In this document: positions 1-12,975 of the stretch, in pieces
How positions within the stretch are numbered: position 1 is the first letter of the stretch
Layout of the letters: each line of letters opens with the position of its first letter
Source of the DNA: Vicinamibacterales bacterium
GTDB taxonomy: Bacteria > Acidobacteriota > Vicinamibacteria > Vicinamibacterales > UBA8438
Direction: 5' to 3'
Assembly: GCA_965206705.1 (NCBI GenBank)
Contig: CBDBKJ010000006.1
Coordinates: forward strand, 3,286,946 to 3,350,945
DNA: 64,000 nt
Notes under the pieces: model-generated
The model's database searches: none
What the model was told of the DNA's origin: nothing
Seen by the model: the letters and a program-made list of their open reading frames with translations, nothing else
Made by a program: the position numbers and the translations under genes

Positions 1-295
1 GATCATCCGGCAGGCCCTCGACGGCTTGCCGGAGGGGCCGATCATGGGCAAGGTGCCCAGGCTGATCAAGCCGAAGGCGGGCGAGACCTATCACGCCATC
101 GAGTCGCCCAAGGGCGAGCTCGGCTACTTCATCGTGAGCGACGGGCGGGCCACCAATCCTTATCGCTTCCGGGTCCGGCCCCCCTCGTTCTGCAACCTGC
201 AGGGCCTGCGGCCGCTGGTAATCGGGCACCTCGTCGCGGACGTGGTCGCCCTGATCGGCACGATCGACATCGTGCTCGGCGAGGTCGACAGATAG
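1..295 (+). CDS. nuoD: NADH-quinone oxidoreductase subunit D, C-terminal fragment (5' end outside window)
   Basis: The ORF-track peptide ends ...[19 protein letters not shown]...RPPSFCNLQ...[13 protein letters not shown], a typical NuoD/Nqo4 C-terminus. The frame is open to the window edge. Confidence 0.88.
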   Translation, partial: IIRQALDGLPEGPIMGKVPRLIKPKAGETYHAIESPKGELGYFIVSDGRATNPYRFRVRPPSFCNLQGLRPLVIGHLVADVVALIGTIDIVLGEVDR

Positions 296-1294
<999 letters not shown>

Positions 1295-1298
1295 AGCC

Positions 1299-1811
1299 AT
1301 GGCCGAAGCAATCGCCTTCTACACGCTCGCGGTCCTGATTCTCGGGTTGGGAGTGGCGGTCGTCACCACCCCGAAGACCGTCCACAGCGTGGTGTTTCTC
1401 GTACTCAACTTCCTCTGCGTGGCGATACTCTACGTCGTGCTGCGGGCCGAGTTCCTGGCCGTGATCCAGGTGCTGGTCTACGCCGGCGGCATCGTCGTGC
1501 TGTATCTGTTCGTGGTCATGCTCGTCAATCTGAAGCGGGCCCCGGAAGCGCACGAAGATCCCCGGCGGCTGGCCCGGCTCGGGCTCGGGCTGTCGGGGGC
1601 GGTGCTGCTCGAGCTGGCGGGCATCGCGGTCTACAGCTACGACCGCCTCACGCCGGCGTCCGCGGCCGCCGCCGCTTCGCCGGTCGAGGGCAACACCGAG
1701 GAGCTCGGCTGGCTGCTCTATACCGACTACCTGATTCCGTTCGAGGTGGCGTCGGTGCTGCTGCTGGTGGCGATGGTCGGGGCCATCGTGCTGGCGAGAC
1801 GAGAGTCGTAA
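1299..1811 (+). CDS. nuoJ: NADH-quinone oxidoreductase subunit J
   Basis: 170-aa membrane protein that is ND6/NuoJ-like (VIQVLVYAGGIVVLYLFVVML). It starts 4 nt after the nuoH stop. Confidence 0.9.
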   Translation: MAEAIAFYTLAVLILGLGVAVVTTPKTVHSVVFLVLNFLCVAILYVVLRAEFLAVIQVLVYAGGIVVLYLFVVMLVNLKRAPEAHEDPRRLARLGLGLSGAVLLELAGIAVYSYDRLTPASAAAAASPVEGNTEELGWLLYTDYLIPFEVASVLLLVAMVGAIVLARRES

Positions 1812-1814
1812 GAG

Positions 1815-2120
1815 ATGGAAATCACGCCGGCGCACTATACGGTTCTCTCTGCCGCGCTGTTCAGCATCGGGGTGATCGGCGTCCTGGTGCGGCGCAACGT
1901 CATCATCATCTTCATGTCGATCGAGCTGATGCTCAACGCCGTGAACATCCATCTGGTGGCCCAAGCCCGGTATCTGGAGAATCTCATCGGGCAGGTCTTC
2001 GTCGTGTTCGTGATCGCGGTGGCGGCGGCCGAGGCCGCGGTCGGGCTGGGAATCCTCCTGGCGTTCTTCCGGAACAAGGAGACCGTGAACATCGACGAGA
2101 TGAACATCATGCGCTGGTAG
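1815..2120 (+). CDS. nuoK: NADH-quinone oxidoreductase subunit K
   Basis: 101 aa with 3 TM segments, ND4L/NuoK-like ([14 protein letters not shown]..., [12 protein letters not shown]). Confidence 0.93.
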   Translation: MEITPAHYTVLSAALFSIGVIGVLVRRNVIIIFMSIELMLNAVNIHLVAQARYLENLIGQVFVVFVIAVAAAEAAVGLGILLAFFRNKETVNIDEMNIMRW

Positions 2121-2163
2121 CGGCCGGGCGCGCTTCCCCCCCTGACATCAATCACAGTAGACG

Positions 2164-4269
<2,106 letters not shown>

Positions 4270-4271
4270 TG

Positions 4272-4287
4272 CGGCGCAAGCTCCTGG
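4272..4287 (+). repeat. 16-nt fragment of the family A right flank (cggcgcaagctcctgg) just after the nuoL stop
   Basis: It matches copy B's cggcgcaagctcctag at 15/16 and copy A's cggcgcaggctcctgg at 15/16. The match is short and could be chance. Confidence 0.3.
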
Positions 4288-4399
4288 TGCGGCTCCGCCT
4301 GACCGCATCGGGACGAACGCTTATAGATCGACGAATCGCCACGGAAGGCAACGGCGAGCGACGGCCCCCGGGGCCCGAGACCGTATCGAGAATCCGCTC

Positions 4400-6001
4400 A
4401 TGAGCAACCCCGACATTCCGCTGTTGTCGCTGATCATGTTCACGCCGCTGGCCGGCGCCGTGATCCTGCTGTTCGTGAACAAGCACAGCGAGGACACGAT
4501 CCGCTGGACCGCGAACGTGTTCGCCGGGCTCGGCTTCCTGGTCTCGCTGCCGTTGTGGTTCGGGTTCGATACCGTGGACCCCGGGTGGCAGTTCGTCGAG
4601 CGGGCGGCGTGGATTCCCTCGATCGGGGCCGAGTACTTCCTGGGCGTGGACGGATTCAGCGCGCTCCTGGTGCTGCTGGCGACCCTCATGGGGGTGATCG
4701 CGGTCCTCTCGTCCTGGACCGCCATCACCGAGCGGGTCAAGGAGTACTACATCTTTCTGCTGCTGCTCCAGACCGGCATGATCGGCGCTTTCGTCTCCCT
4801 CGACTTCCTGCTGTTCTTCGTGTTCTGGGAGGTCATGCTGGTGCCGATGTACTTCCTCATCGGCATCTGGGGCAGCGACAACCGGCTCTACTCGGCGATC
4901 AAGTTCTTCCTGTTCACCCTCGTCGGCAGCGTCGTCATGCTGCTCGGCATCCTCGCGGTGTACTTCTACAACCACGAGGTCACGGGGGTGTACACCTTCG
5001 ACATCACGCAGTTCCACGCGCTGAACATGCCGTTCGACCTGCAGTGGTGGGTCTTCCTCGCCTTCTTCCTCGGCTTCGCGGTCAAGGTGCCGATGTTCCC
5101 GTTCCACACCTGGCTGCCCGATGCCCATACCGACGCCCCCACCGCGGGCTCGGTCATCCTGGCCGCCGTGCTCCTGAAGATGGGCACCTACGGGTTCATC
5201 CGGTTCTCGCTGCCGATCCTGCCCGAGGCGACGGTGGCGTTCGTGCCCTGGGTGGCCGCGCTGTCCATCATCGGCATCATCTATGGGGCGCTGGTGGCGA
5301 TGGCGCAACGCGACTGGAAGCGTCTGGTTGCGTACTCGAGCGTCAGCCACATGGGCATGGTCATGCTCGGCATGTTCGCCCTGACCCCGGTCGGCATCAC
5401 CGGCAGCATCGTGCAACAGATCAACCACGGCATTTCCACCGGCGCCCTTTTCCTCCTCGTCGGGGTGGTCTACGAGCGCCGCCACACCCGCGAGATCGCC
5501 GAGTACGGCGGACTGTCGAAGATCATGCCCGCCTATGCGGCGGTGTTCCTGATCATGACGATGTCCTCGATCGGGCTGCCGACCCTCAACGGGTTCATCG
5601 GCGAGGTGTTGATCCTGCAGGGCATCTTCGTCGTCAACAAATGGTGGGCGGCCTTCGCGGCGACCGGCATCGTGCTCGGGGCGGCGTACATGCTGTGGCT
5701 CTACCAGCGCACGATGTTCGGCACCGTCGACAATCCCAAGAACGAGAACCTGCCGGATCTGAGCATCCGCGAGTGGGCCACCTTCACGCCGCTGATCATT
5801 CTCGCGGTGTGGATCGGGCTCTACCCCAAGCCTTTCATCGACCGCCTCGACACCTCGGTCGATCGCGTGATGGTCCGCGTGAACAGCGCCTACGAGCCGG
5901 TCAATGCAGAGGACTCCGGGGCGGCGGCGTCGCCGGCGCCGCTCGTCCGGGACGGTGGGGTCGATGACGCCGGTACGCCGGTACGCGGGGGCGCTCGATA
6001 A
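4400..6001 (+). CDS. nuoM: NADH-quinone oxidoreductase subunit M
   Basis: 533 aa, ND4/NuoM-like (FPFHTWLPDAHTDAPTAGSVILAAVLLKMGTYG, LVAYSSVSHMG). Confidence 0.95.
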   Translation: MSNPDIPLLSLIMFTPLAGAVILLFVNKHSEDTIRWTANVFAGLGFLVSLPLWFGFDTVDPGWQFVERAAWIPSIGAEYFLGVDGFSALLVLLATLMGVIAVLSSWTAITERVKEYYIFLLLLQTGMIGAFVSLDFLLFFVFWEVMLVPMYFLIGIWGSDNRLYSAIKFFLFTLVGSVVMLLGILAVYFYNHEVTGVYTFDITQFHALNMPFDLQWWVFLAFFLGFAVKVPMFPFHTWLPDAHTDAPTAGSVILAAVLLKMGTYGFIRFSLPILPEATVAFVPWVAALSIIGIIYGALVAMAQRDWKRLVAYSSVSHMGMVMLGMFALTPVGITGSIVQQINHGISTGALFLLVGVVYERRHTREIAEYGGLSKIMPAYAAVFLIMTMSSIGLPTLNGFIGEVLILQGIFVVNKWWAAFAATGIVLGAAYMLWLYQRTMFGTVDNPKNENLPDLSIREWATFTPLIILAVWIGLYPKPFIDRLDTSVDRVMVRVNSAYEPVNAEDSGAAASPAPLVRDGGVDDAGTPVRGGAR

Positions 6002-7476
6002 TGCCACCAGGATTTTCCGCAGCCGATTTCTACTACATCCTGCCGGAGCTGCTGCTCACGAGCGGGGCGCTGGTCGTCCTGCTGCTGTCGGTGCTGACGC
6101 CGCGCAACGACCGTCTGTTGCTCGGCGTATCCCTGGCCAGTCTGGCCGTCAGTCTGTACTGGGTAGCCTCGTTCGCGGCCCTCGACATCGAGGTGTCGCG
6201 GGGGTTGCTCGCCATCGACGGATTCGCCGCGTTCTTCAAGGTCGTGGTGCTCGTATCGGCGGCGTTGACGCTGCTGATGTCGGCGCCCTATCTGCGCGTC
6301 GAGGGGCTTCGGGCGGGTGAGTACTACTTCCTGATTCTCTGCGCCACCCTCGGCATGATGTTCATGGCGAGCGGGGTCGACCTGATCACCCTGTTCATCG
6401 GGCTCGAGACGATGGCGGTGTCGTTCTACGTGCTGGCCGGCTATCTCAAGCCCAATCCGCGCTCCAACGAAGCCGCCGTCAAGTACTTCCTGCTCGGAGG
6501 GTTCTCGCTGGGGGTCCTGCTCTACGGGATGTCGCTGCTCTACGGGGTGACCGGCACCACCAATCTGGCGGCGACCGCCGCCGCGCTGGCCGAGCAGGGG
6601 CCGAGTCTGGTGCTGGTGCTCGCGGTGGTCCTCGTGGGCGCGGGCATGGGCTTCAAGATCGCCGCGGTGCCCTTTCACATGTGGGCGCCGGACGTCTACG
6701 AAGGCGCGCCCACCCCGGTGACCGCGTTCCTCTCCGTGGGGTCGAAGGCGGCGTCGTTCGCGATGCTGATCCGGATCTTCCTGGAAGGGCTCCCGTCCCT
6801 CAGCGCCGAGTGGACGTTCCTGTTCTACCTGCTCGCGGTCGTCACGATGACGGTGGGGAACATCGCGGCGCTGACGCAGAGCAACCTGAAACGGATGCTG
6901 GCGTACTCGTCGATCGCCCACGCCGGCTATCTGCTGATCGGCGTCATCGTCGGCACCGAGCGCGGCGTGGCCGCGATGCTCGTCTACCTCGGCGTCTATC
7001 TCTTCATGCAGCTCGGGGCGTTCGCGGTCGTGGCCGCGATGCGTCGCAGCGACGTGATCGGTGACGAGCTGAAGGACCTCGCGGGGCTTTCCCGGCGCAG
7101 CCCGATGGCCGCCTTCGCGATGCTCTTCTTCATGCTGTCGCTGGGGGGCATTCCGCCCACCGCCGGGTTCATGGGGAAGGTCTGGCTGTTCGGGGCCGCC
7201 ATCGACGCCGGCTTCGTCTGGCTGGCGGTGATTGCGGTCGCCAACAGCGCGGTGTCGCTGTACTACTACCTGCGGGTCGTCGTGTTCATGTGGATCACCG
7301 ACGAGACGGCGCCCGCCGCCTCGCCCCTCGTCATCGGGCCCGCGATGACGGTGGCCCTCATGGTCGCCCTGTTCGGCACGCTCCTGTTCGGCCTTTATCC
7401 GCAGTTCCTCTTCGAGCACGCCGAGGCCGCGGCCCGCACCCTCGAGGGCTTCGGCGCCGGCGTCGCCCTGCGCTGA
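6001..7476 (+). CDS. nuoN: NADH-quinone oxidoreductase subunit N
   Basis: 491 aa, ND2/NuoN-like (VPFHMWAPDVYEGAPTPVTAFLSVGSKAA, MLAYSSIAHAGY). The start overlaps the nuoM stop. Confidence 0.94.
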   Translation: MPPGFSAADFYYILPELLLTSGALVVLLLSVLTPRNDRLLLGVSLASLAVSLYWVASFAALDIEVSRGLLAIDGFAAFFKVVVLVSAALTLLMSAPYLRVEGLRAGEYYFLILCATLGMMFMASGVDLITLFIGLETMAVSFYVLAGYLKPNPRSNEAAVKYFLLGGFSLGVLLYGMSLLYGVTGTTNLAATAAALAEQGPSLVLVLAVVLVGAGMGFKIAAVPFHMWAPDVYEGAPTPVTAFLSVGSKAASFAMLIRIFLEGLPSLSAEWTFLFYLLAVVTMTVGNIAALTQSNLKRMLAYSSIAHAGYLLIGVIVGTERGVAAMLVYLGVYLFMQLGAFAVVAAMRRSDVIGDELKDLAGLSRRSPMAAFAMLFFMLSLGGIPPTAGFMGKVWLFGAAIDAGFVWLAVIAVANSAVSLYYYLRVVVFMWITDETAPAASPLVIGPAMTVALMVALFGTLLFGLYPQFLFEHAEAAARTLEGFGAGVALR

Positions 7477-7607
7477 CACATGCCGGGGCATTCCCCCGAG
7501 CTTCCGTCTCCCGTCCATGTAACGGTGGTGCTTTCGCCCGATGAGCCGGGCGAGCTGGCGTTGGGTCGTGAAATGGCCCGCGACCGCGGCGAAGGGCCGG
7601 GGGGGAC

Positions 7608-7925
7608 GTGGGGTCTATGGCCTGGTTGGCCGTATTGTTGATTCTGCTTGTTGGGTTCCCTTGCCTGGGACTCGGCTATGCGATCGGTTGGAGGAAGAAA
7701 CTGCATCTCGTTTCTGGATTCGACAATGAGAAGGTGAGGGACCCCGGAGGGCTGGCGAGATGGGTCGGAGGCGGCACCTTGGCGCTCGGTGTGCTGAATT
7801 GTGTGGCGGGGTGTGTCTTGTTGGCTGTACCCAGCCACTTCGTGGTGACGCTCGGGCTCAGTAACGTGATCGCGATCGCGATCGTGATCGTCGTGATCAT
7901 GATCGTCGGCGCCAAGCGACTATGA
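7608..7925 (+). CDS. small hypothetical membrane protein (about 100 aa; in-frame ATG at 7617)
   Basis: 105-aa ORF with about 3 hydrophobic segments. Its codon usage is visibly AT-richer than the neighbours. No family was recognised with confidence. Confidence 0.55.
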   Translation: MGSMAWLAVLLILLVGFPCLGLGYAIGWRKKLHLVSGFDNEKVRDPGGLARWVGGGTLALGVLNCVAGCVLLAVPSHFVVTLGLSNVIAIAIVIVVIMIVGAKRL

Positions 7926-8056
7926 GAAGTAGGGATTCCCCTTGCGGGGGGATGTCGCACCTGAGGCCGGGGGTGGCGGTGAGCGGGGCGGGTGATGCTT
8001 CCGCGTGGCGGTGCGCAGGCGTGTCGGCCGCTGTCGCGTGTCGGCGGCGCGTGCAG

Positions 8057-8081
8057 GCCCGGCGGCGCGCTGCCGCCGGGC
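8057..8081. terminator. GC hairpin between convergent genes (GCCCGGCGGC-gcgct-GCCGCCGGGC), no U-tract
   Basis: A perfect 10-bp stem read from the sequence. It lies between the 3' ends of the 7608-7925 ORF (+) and atpF (-). Confidence 0.35.
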
Positions 8082-8090
8082 TGACCCTGG

Positions 8091-8591
8091 TCAGTGCCTT
8101 GCGTCGATCTGGCTGATCGATTCCCGTATCAGGGCGTCGTTGTCTTCCGGGGTCAGGTTCTTCCGGATGAGCTTCGACGCGATCTGCAGCGACAGGTCGA
8201 CCGTCTCGCGGCGGATGTCCTGCATCGCCCGCGCCGTTTCCTGCTGAATCTGCCGTTGGGCCGCGGCGACCACCGCCTCTTCGTCGCGCTTGGCCCTCTT
8301 TCTGGACTCTTCCTGGAAAGCCTCGGCGGCGCTACGGGTCTGGGCCAGGATCGACTGGGCTTCGGCCCTGGCGTCGGCGATGACCTTCGTCGCCGCCTGC
8401 TCGGCCTGCGCCAGCGCCTTCCTGGCCTGCTCGGCCTCGTCCAGCGACTTGCGTATCGTCTCCTGGCGTTCATCGAGCGCCCGCAGCAAGGGGCCCCAGG
8501 CGTACCTGCGCAGGGCCCAGAGCAGAGCCAGGAAGGTGGCGATGGTCCAGAAGAACAGCCCGGGATCCGGCTGGACCAGCGGATTATCCAT
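8091..8591 (-). CDS. atpF: F0F1 ATP synthase subunit b
   Basis: 166 aa with an N-terminal TM segment and a long charged Ala/Glu/Arg helix. It lies directly downstream of atpE. Confidence 0.9.
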   Translation of the reverse strand: MDNPLVQPDPGLFFWTIATFLALLWALRRYAWGPLLRALDERQETIRKSLDEAEQARKALAQAEQAATKVIADARAEAQSILAQTRSAAEAFQEESRKRAKRDEEAVVAAAQRQIQQETARAMQDIRRETVDLSLQIASKLIRKNLTPEDNDALIRESISQIDARH

Positions 8592-8641
8592 GAGACGCTC
8601 CCTCTGACGATGTCACGCGTCGTGTTCCGGGAAATGCGTGG

Positions 8642-8866
8642 TCACCGCATCAGCACGACGACGAAGACGAAGACCTCGGCCAGAATCGCCACGCCTTCGA
8701 GCAGGAAGAGCGGGAGTTGCACCGCTCCCGTGATCTGTGCGGCAGCCGACGGCTGGCGCGCGATGCTCTCGGCCGCGGCCGCCGTGAACCGGCCGATTCC
8801 CAGACCCGCGCCAATCACGATCAGGCCGAGACCGATCGCAACGCCGGCGATGTACAACAGTTCCAT
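8642..8866 (-). CDS. atpE: F0F1 ATP synthase subunit c
   Basis: 74-aa proteolipid hairpin with a Gly-rich helix 1 (IGAGLGIG) and a carboxylate in helix 2 (LFLLEGVAI). Confidence 0.95.
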   Translation of the reverse strand: MELLYIAGVAIGLGLIVIGAGLGIGRFTAAAAESIARQPSAAAQITGAVQLPLFLLEGVAILAEVFVFVVVLMR

Positions 8867-8914
8867 GCAGTTAACCTCCGTGTGAATGTGCCGTCGTTCG
8901 AAGAAGTGGCTTAC

Positions 8915-9877
8915 TTAGTGGTGCACGTTGATGGCCATGCCGATGAACACCGACGTCAGCAGGGTGAATACATAGGCCTGGACGAGGACGACGATGATTT
9001 CGAGCGCCGAGATGCCGGTCGCCAGGGGTACCCCGACGAGGGCGCCGACGCCCACTCCGAGCGCCGCGCTTCCGAACTGCTGGTTGAAGATGAAGACCAG
9101 CGACAGAATCGCCAGAATGGCGATGTGACCCCCGCTCATGTTGGCGGCCAACCGCATCGTGAGGGCGAACGGCCTGACGAACATGCCCATGATCTCGATG
9201 GGAATGAGCAGGAAGTAGATCGGCCACGCCAGTCCGGACGGCACGAGGTTCTTCCAGTGCTTGACGAAGCCGTGGGCCATGGTGCCGGCCACGATGATCG
9301 AGAAGAACGTGATCGTGGCCAACGCCGCGGTCACGTTGTAGTTGGCGGTCGCGGTGGCCCCGCCGTGGAGCACGCTGCTGAGCAGCGACTCTTCGGAGGT
9401 GTGCAGCACGTAATGGTTCAGCAGGCCCAACACCTCGAACACCGGAACCAGCCCGATCGCGTTCGCGGTCAGGATGAAGACGAAGAGCGTCAGGATCATC
9501 GGCGTCCAGGTGTTGACCCACTTGGCGCCGACGTTCGGCAGGACGACGGTGTCGCGGATGAACTGCACCACCGCCTCGAGGGCGTTCATGAACCCGGCGG
9601 GAACCGGGCGCTCCTGCGCGAGAAAACGCCGGGTCGTGAGGGTGATCGCCACGAACAGGAAGCCCGCCACCAGCCACAGCATCATGACGTGCTTGGTGAC
9701 CGAGAAGTCGATGCCGGCGAGGTGCGGCAGATGCAGGATCGGGTGGTCGAGCGGGCTGTTCGCGATGTGCTCGATGATGACCTCGCCCGCGTCGAAAGCC
9801 TCACCGGCGCCGTGTCCGCCCTCGGCGTGGTCGGCGGCGGCGTGTGCGTCTTCGGCGTGCTGTGCGGCGTTCATCAT
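8915..9877 (-). CDS. atpB: F0F1 ATP synthase subunit a
   Basis: 320 aa with the subunit-a signature FALTMRLAANMSGGH (essential Arg) and multiple TM segments. Confidence 0.94.
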   Translation of the reverse strand: MMNAAQHAEDAHAAADHAEGGHGAGEAFDAGEVIIEHIANSPLDHPILHLPHLAGIDFSVTKHVMMLWLVAGFLFVAITLTTRRFLAQERPVPAGFMNALEAVVQFIRDTVVLPNVGAKWVNTWTPMILTLFVFILTANAIGLVPVFEVLGLLNHYVLHTSEESLLSSVLHGGATATANYNVTAALATITFFSIIVAGTMAHGFVKHWKNLVPSGLAWPIYFLLIPIEIMGMFVRPFALTMRLAANMSGGHIAILAILSLVFIFNQQFGSAALGVGVGALVGVPLATGISALEIIVVLVQAYVFTLLTSVFIGMAINVHH

Positions 9878-9901
9878 GATGTTCGGTCGCGTTGCCGGCG
9901 T

Positions 9902-10282
9902 CTAGTTGCCGCCCGGCGTCCGCGCGTTGGCGTTCACCAGCAGGGTCTTGAAGTACAGCGCCTCGGCGATCTGGAGGGCCACGAAATAGAAGGTGAAGCT
10001 GAGGGTGAACGGCACGGGCTCGACCCGAAGCCCTCCGATGACGATGGAGACGTACGCGGCGTAGAACACCAGCTTCGCCGCGAAGGCGGCGGCCATCCGG
10101 CCCGTGAGCCGGGTGACGTCGGTACGCACCGTCCGTTCGACCAGGCGTATGGTCGCCAACCCCACCACGAGCGGCGCGGCCATGCCGAGAAACGCCGGCG
10201 TGGCCGTTCCCGGCGCCGCCAATGCCGCTACGGCTCCGCAGGTGAGCACGCACGCCGCCGCCAGTGCGGCCGACAACCTCAT
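9902..10282 (-). CDS. atpI: ATP synthase protein I-like membrane protein
   Basis: An internal ATG at 10282 overlaps the upstream stop (ATGA). The product is about 126 aa with 4 hydrophobic segments. Its position between the atpZ-like gene and atpB matches AtpI. Confidence 0.6.
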   Translation of the reverse strand: MRLSAALAAACVLTCGAVAALAAPGTATPAFLGMAAPLVVGLATIRLVERTVRTDVTRLTGRMAAAFAAKLVFYAAYVSIVIGGLRVEPVPFTLSFTFYFVALQIAEALYFKTLLVNANARTPGGN

Positions 10283-10521
10283 TGCTTCCAGATCGTTTTC
10301 GCCAACTCGTAGAACCCGACGACCATCCCCGTCAACAGACCGGCGAGCATGAACCAGGGCTCGGTCGCCGCCCACCGATCGATCAGGTGCCCCAGTCCTC
10401 CCAAGAGAAGAATGGCCCCGATCAATGTGTACCCGGCACAGGCGGCCGGACCCGCTCGCCGAACGTTTTCCTGCAAGGCCAGGATCGATCTTGCGAGAAA
10501 ATGGTCGTTGGGGTCGGGCAT
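10279..10521 (-). CDS. atpZ: AtpZ/AtpI-family small membrane protein (putative F0F1-ATPase associated)
   Basis: 80-aa two-TM protein that is the first gene of the atp operon. The assignment rests on family resemblance and position only. Confidence 0.6.
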   Translation of the reverse strand: MPDPNDHFLARSILALQENVRRAGPAACAGYTLIGAILLLGGLGHLIDRWAATEPWFMLAGLLTGMVVGFYELAKTIWKQ

Positions 10522-10633
10522 CGTGACGAGCCGACGGCGAAAATGCGCGGCTGTGTCTCTCAGTCCGCCATCGCTGTCAGGTCACGATTGATGCCCGGAG
10601 GATGGCCGTGTCCACACCCTTCAAAAACGCATG

Positions 10634-10663
10634 ATTGTAGCAGGATGAACGCCGCCCTGGCAA
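10634..10663 (-). promoter_or_regulatory. candidate sigma70-type promoter of the atp operon (TTGCCA-18 nt-TACAAT)
   Basis: Read on the minus strand: -35 at 10658-10663 and -10 at 10634-10639. It lies about 110 nt upstream of the atpZ-like ATG. Confidence 0.45.
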
Positions 10664-10722
10664 GAAGCCGGGCCGAGGCCGTGCCCGCCGCAGCGAGCAC
10701 CGCCGGCGCGCGAGAAGGCGGG

Positions 10723-12849
10723 TCAGTACGCGGCGGCGGCCTTGACCGCCTGCAGGATGTCGTCCGACTGCGGCAGGATCGCCTCTTCGAGAATGGGGTG
10801 ATAGGCGACCGGGCAGTCGAGGGCGCCGACGCGCTTGACCGGGGCGTCCAGGTGCTCGAAGAGCTCGTCGGCGATGCGCGCGGCCAGCTCCGCCCCGAAC
10901 CCGCACGTCAGCTGGTCCTCGTGCGCCACCACCACGCGGTTGGTGGCGGTCACCGCCGCCGCGATCGACGGCCAGTCGTAGGGGGCCAGCGTCCGAAGGT
11001 CCATCACCTGCACGCTGATGTCCTCCTGCGCCGCCCGCTCCGCCGCCAGCAGCGACCGCTGCACCAGCGAGCCCCAGGTGACCACGACGACGTCGGTCCC
11101 CTCGCGCCGGGTGCTCGCCCGCGCGAACGGAATCTGGTGGTCCGGACCGTGATAGGGGGCCTTGCTGTAGGTCTGGCGATAGAGGTGCTTGGGTTCGAGG
11201 AACAGCACCGGGTCGTCGCAGCGCACGGCGGTCCGGAGCAGCCCCGCCGCGTCGGCGGCGTTCGACGGATAGGCGATGCGCAACCCCGGGCAGTGCGCGA
11301 AGATGCTCTCGCCCGACTGGCTGTGATAGAGCGAGCCGCCGCGCAGATAGCCGCCGATCGGCGCCCGGATCACGAGCGGACACGAGAACGCGTTGTTCGA
11401 CCGGTACCGCAGCATCGTCAGCTCGTCGCGGATCTGCATCATCGCGGGCCAGATGTAGTCGAAGAACTGAATCTCGACGATCGGCTTGAGCCCGCGGACG
11501 GCCATCCCGATGGCCCGGCCGACGATGTTGGCCTCGGCCAGCGGCGAGTTGAACACGCGTTCCCGCCCGAAGGTCCGTTGCAGTCCCAACGTGGCCTTGA
11601 ACACCCCGCCCTTCCCCGGTACCGCGGACAGCACCTCGGCGCGGCTGCAGTCGGCCACGTCTTCCCCGAAGACGAGGATGCGGGGGTTGCTGGCCATCTC
11701 GTCCTCGAGGGTGCGGTTGATGGCCGCCACCATCGTGATCGGCGGGCCCTCGGGGGCGCCGGGGACGTCGAAGCGCTCGGCCGCCGGATCGACGTCGGGC
11801 GAGTACACGTGGTCCAGCACCGTCGACCGGTCGGGCGGGGCGGCGGCCAGGGCGCGGTCGGCCGCCGCCTGAATCTCTTCGTCCACGCCGGCCGACAGCC
11901 GCGCCAGCCCGTCGTCGTCCGCGAGCTCCCGATCCTTCAGGAGGGCGGCGAATCGCGTGATGGGGTCGCGGGCCTGCTCGGCTTCGCGTTCCGCCTCGCT
12001 CTTGTACTGACCGTCGTCGTCCGACTCCGAATGCGAGTGCAGGCGCACCACGCTGGCCTTGATCAGGACCGGCCCGCGTCCGCCGCGCGCATAGGCGAGG
12101 GCCCGCTGCATCGCCGCGACGCTGTCGAGCACGTCCGTGCCGTCGACGCGGATGACATCGAGCCCCGGGAACGCCGACACCAGGCGGGCGATGTCCCCGC
12201 CCGGCGTCTGGATCTCGACCGGGACGGAAATGGCGTACCCGTTGTCCTCGATCAGATAGATCACCGGAAGCCGGCGGGTGCAGGCGGTATTCAGCGATTC
12301 CCAGAACTCGCCTTCGCTGGTGCCCCCTTCGCCGAGCGACACGTAGACGACGTCGCTCTCCGAAGAGGCGCCGCCGGGGGGCGCGAGCTCCGGGAAATGA
12401 CAGGCCTCGGCACAGCCGACGGCATGCAGGCACTGGGTCGACACCGCGCTGGAGGGAGAGACCAGATTGAGGGCCGGCTTGCTCCAGTGCGCCGGCATCT
12501 GGCGCCCGCCCGAGGACGGATCGGCGGCGGCGCCGACCGCCGCCAGCAGCATCTCGTAGGGCGTCATGCCCAGGGCGAGGGCCAGGGCCCGGTCCCGGTA
12601 GTAGGGAAAGAACCAGTCACGGCCGGCGGTGAGCAGGGTTCCCGCCGCAACCTGGATCGCTTCGTGGCCGGCTCCGCTGATCTGGAAGAAGCTCTTGCTC
12701 TGCGTCTTGAGCTGCAGCTCCTTGTCGTCGAGTCGGCGCGCCATCAGCATCGTGCGGTAGAACCGCAGCAGGTCGTCCCGCGACAGCCCTCCGTACAGCC
12801 GCTGTGAGGTCGCGGCAGGCGCGTTCCCCGAGCCTGTCGAGCGCTTCAT
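10723..12849 (-). CDS. 2-oxoacid (branched-chain/pyruvate type) dehydrogenase E1 component, fused alpha+beta subunits
   Basis: 708 aa from the ATG at 12849 (MKRSTGS...). The N-terminal half is a TPP-binding E1-alpha and the C-terminal half is a transketolase-like E1-beta (VFGEDVAD..., EPKHLYR). The longer ORF-track N-terminus is rejected. Confidence 0.88.
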   Translation of the reverse strand: MKRSTGSGNAPAATSQRLYGGLSRDDLLRFYRTMLMARRLDDKELQLKTQSKSFFQISGAGHEAIQVAAGTLLTAGRDWFFPYYRDRALALALGMTPYEMLLAAVGAAADPSSGGRQMPAHWSKPALNLVSPSSAVSTQCLHAVGCAEACHFPELAPPGGASSESDVVYVSLGEGGTSEGEFWESLNTACTRRLPVIYLIEDNGYAISVPVEIQTPGGDIARLVSAFPGLDVIRVDGTDVLDSVAAMQRALAYARGGRGPVLIKASVVRLHSHSESDDDGQYKSEAEREAEQARDPITRFAALLKDRELADDDGLARLSAGVDEEIQAAADRALAAAPPDRSTVLDHVYSPDVDPAAERFDVPGAPEGPPITMVAAINRTLEDEMASNPRILVFGEDVADCSRAEVLSAVPGKGGVFKATLGLQRTFGRERVFNSPLAEANIVGRAIGMAVRGLKPIVEIQFFDYIWPAMMQIRDELTMLRYRSNNAFSCPLVIRAPIGGYLRGGSLYHSQSGESIFAHCPGLRIAYPSNAADAAGLLRTAVRCDDPVLFLEPKHLYRQTYSKAPYHGPDHQIPFARASTRREGTDVVVVTWGSLVQRSLLAAERAAQEDISVQVMDLRTLAPYDWPSIAAAVTATNRVVVAHEDQLTCGFGAELAARIADELFEHLDAPVKRVGALDCPVAYHPILEEAILPQSDDILQAVKAAAAY

Positions 12850-12907
12850 GGTGCAATCCTGCGTGCCGAAGGTGGGACCGACGTCAACTGGCCCGCATTG
12901 GCGGTAA

Positions 12908-12916
12908 ATTATAGCA
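12908..12916 (-). promoter_or_regulatory. candidate extended -10 (TGCTATAAT) for the E1 gene
   Basis: Minus-strand TGCTATAAT about 55 nt upstream of the ATG at 12849. Confidence 0.35.
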
Positions 12917-12975
12917 TCGTGGCGTCGCGCCGGCCCCCGGTCCGGCCGCGTGCGCGACCCGCGCGTGGCATCGCA

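Noticed and set aside
8091-10521. The atp operon as an N-type (Na+) ATPase, because of the AtpZ/AtpI-like small genes.
   Set aside because: N-ATPase operons start with atpD-atpC and continue to atpA-atpG. Here only the a, c and b subunits follow the two small genes, and a promoter-like site precedes them. This fits a split F-type operon with the F1 genes elsewhere.
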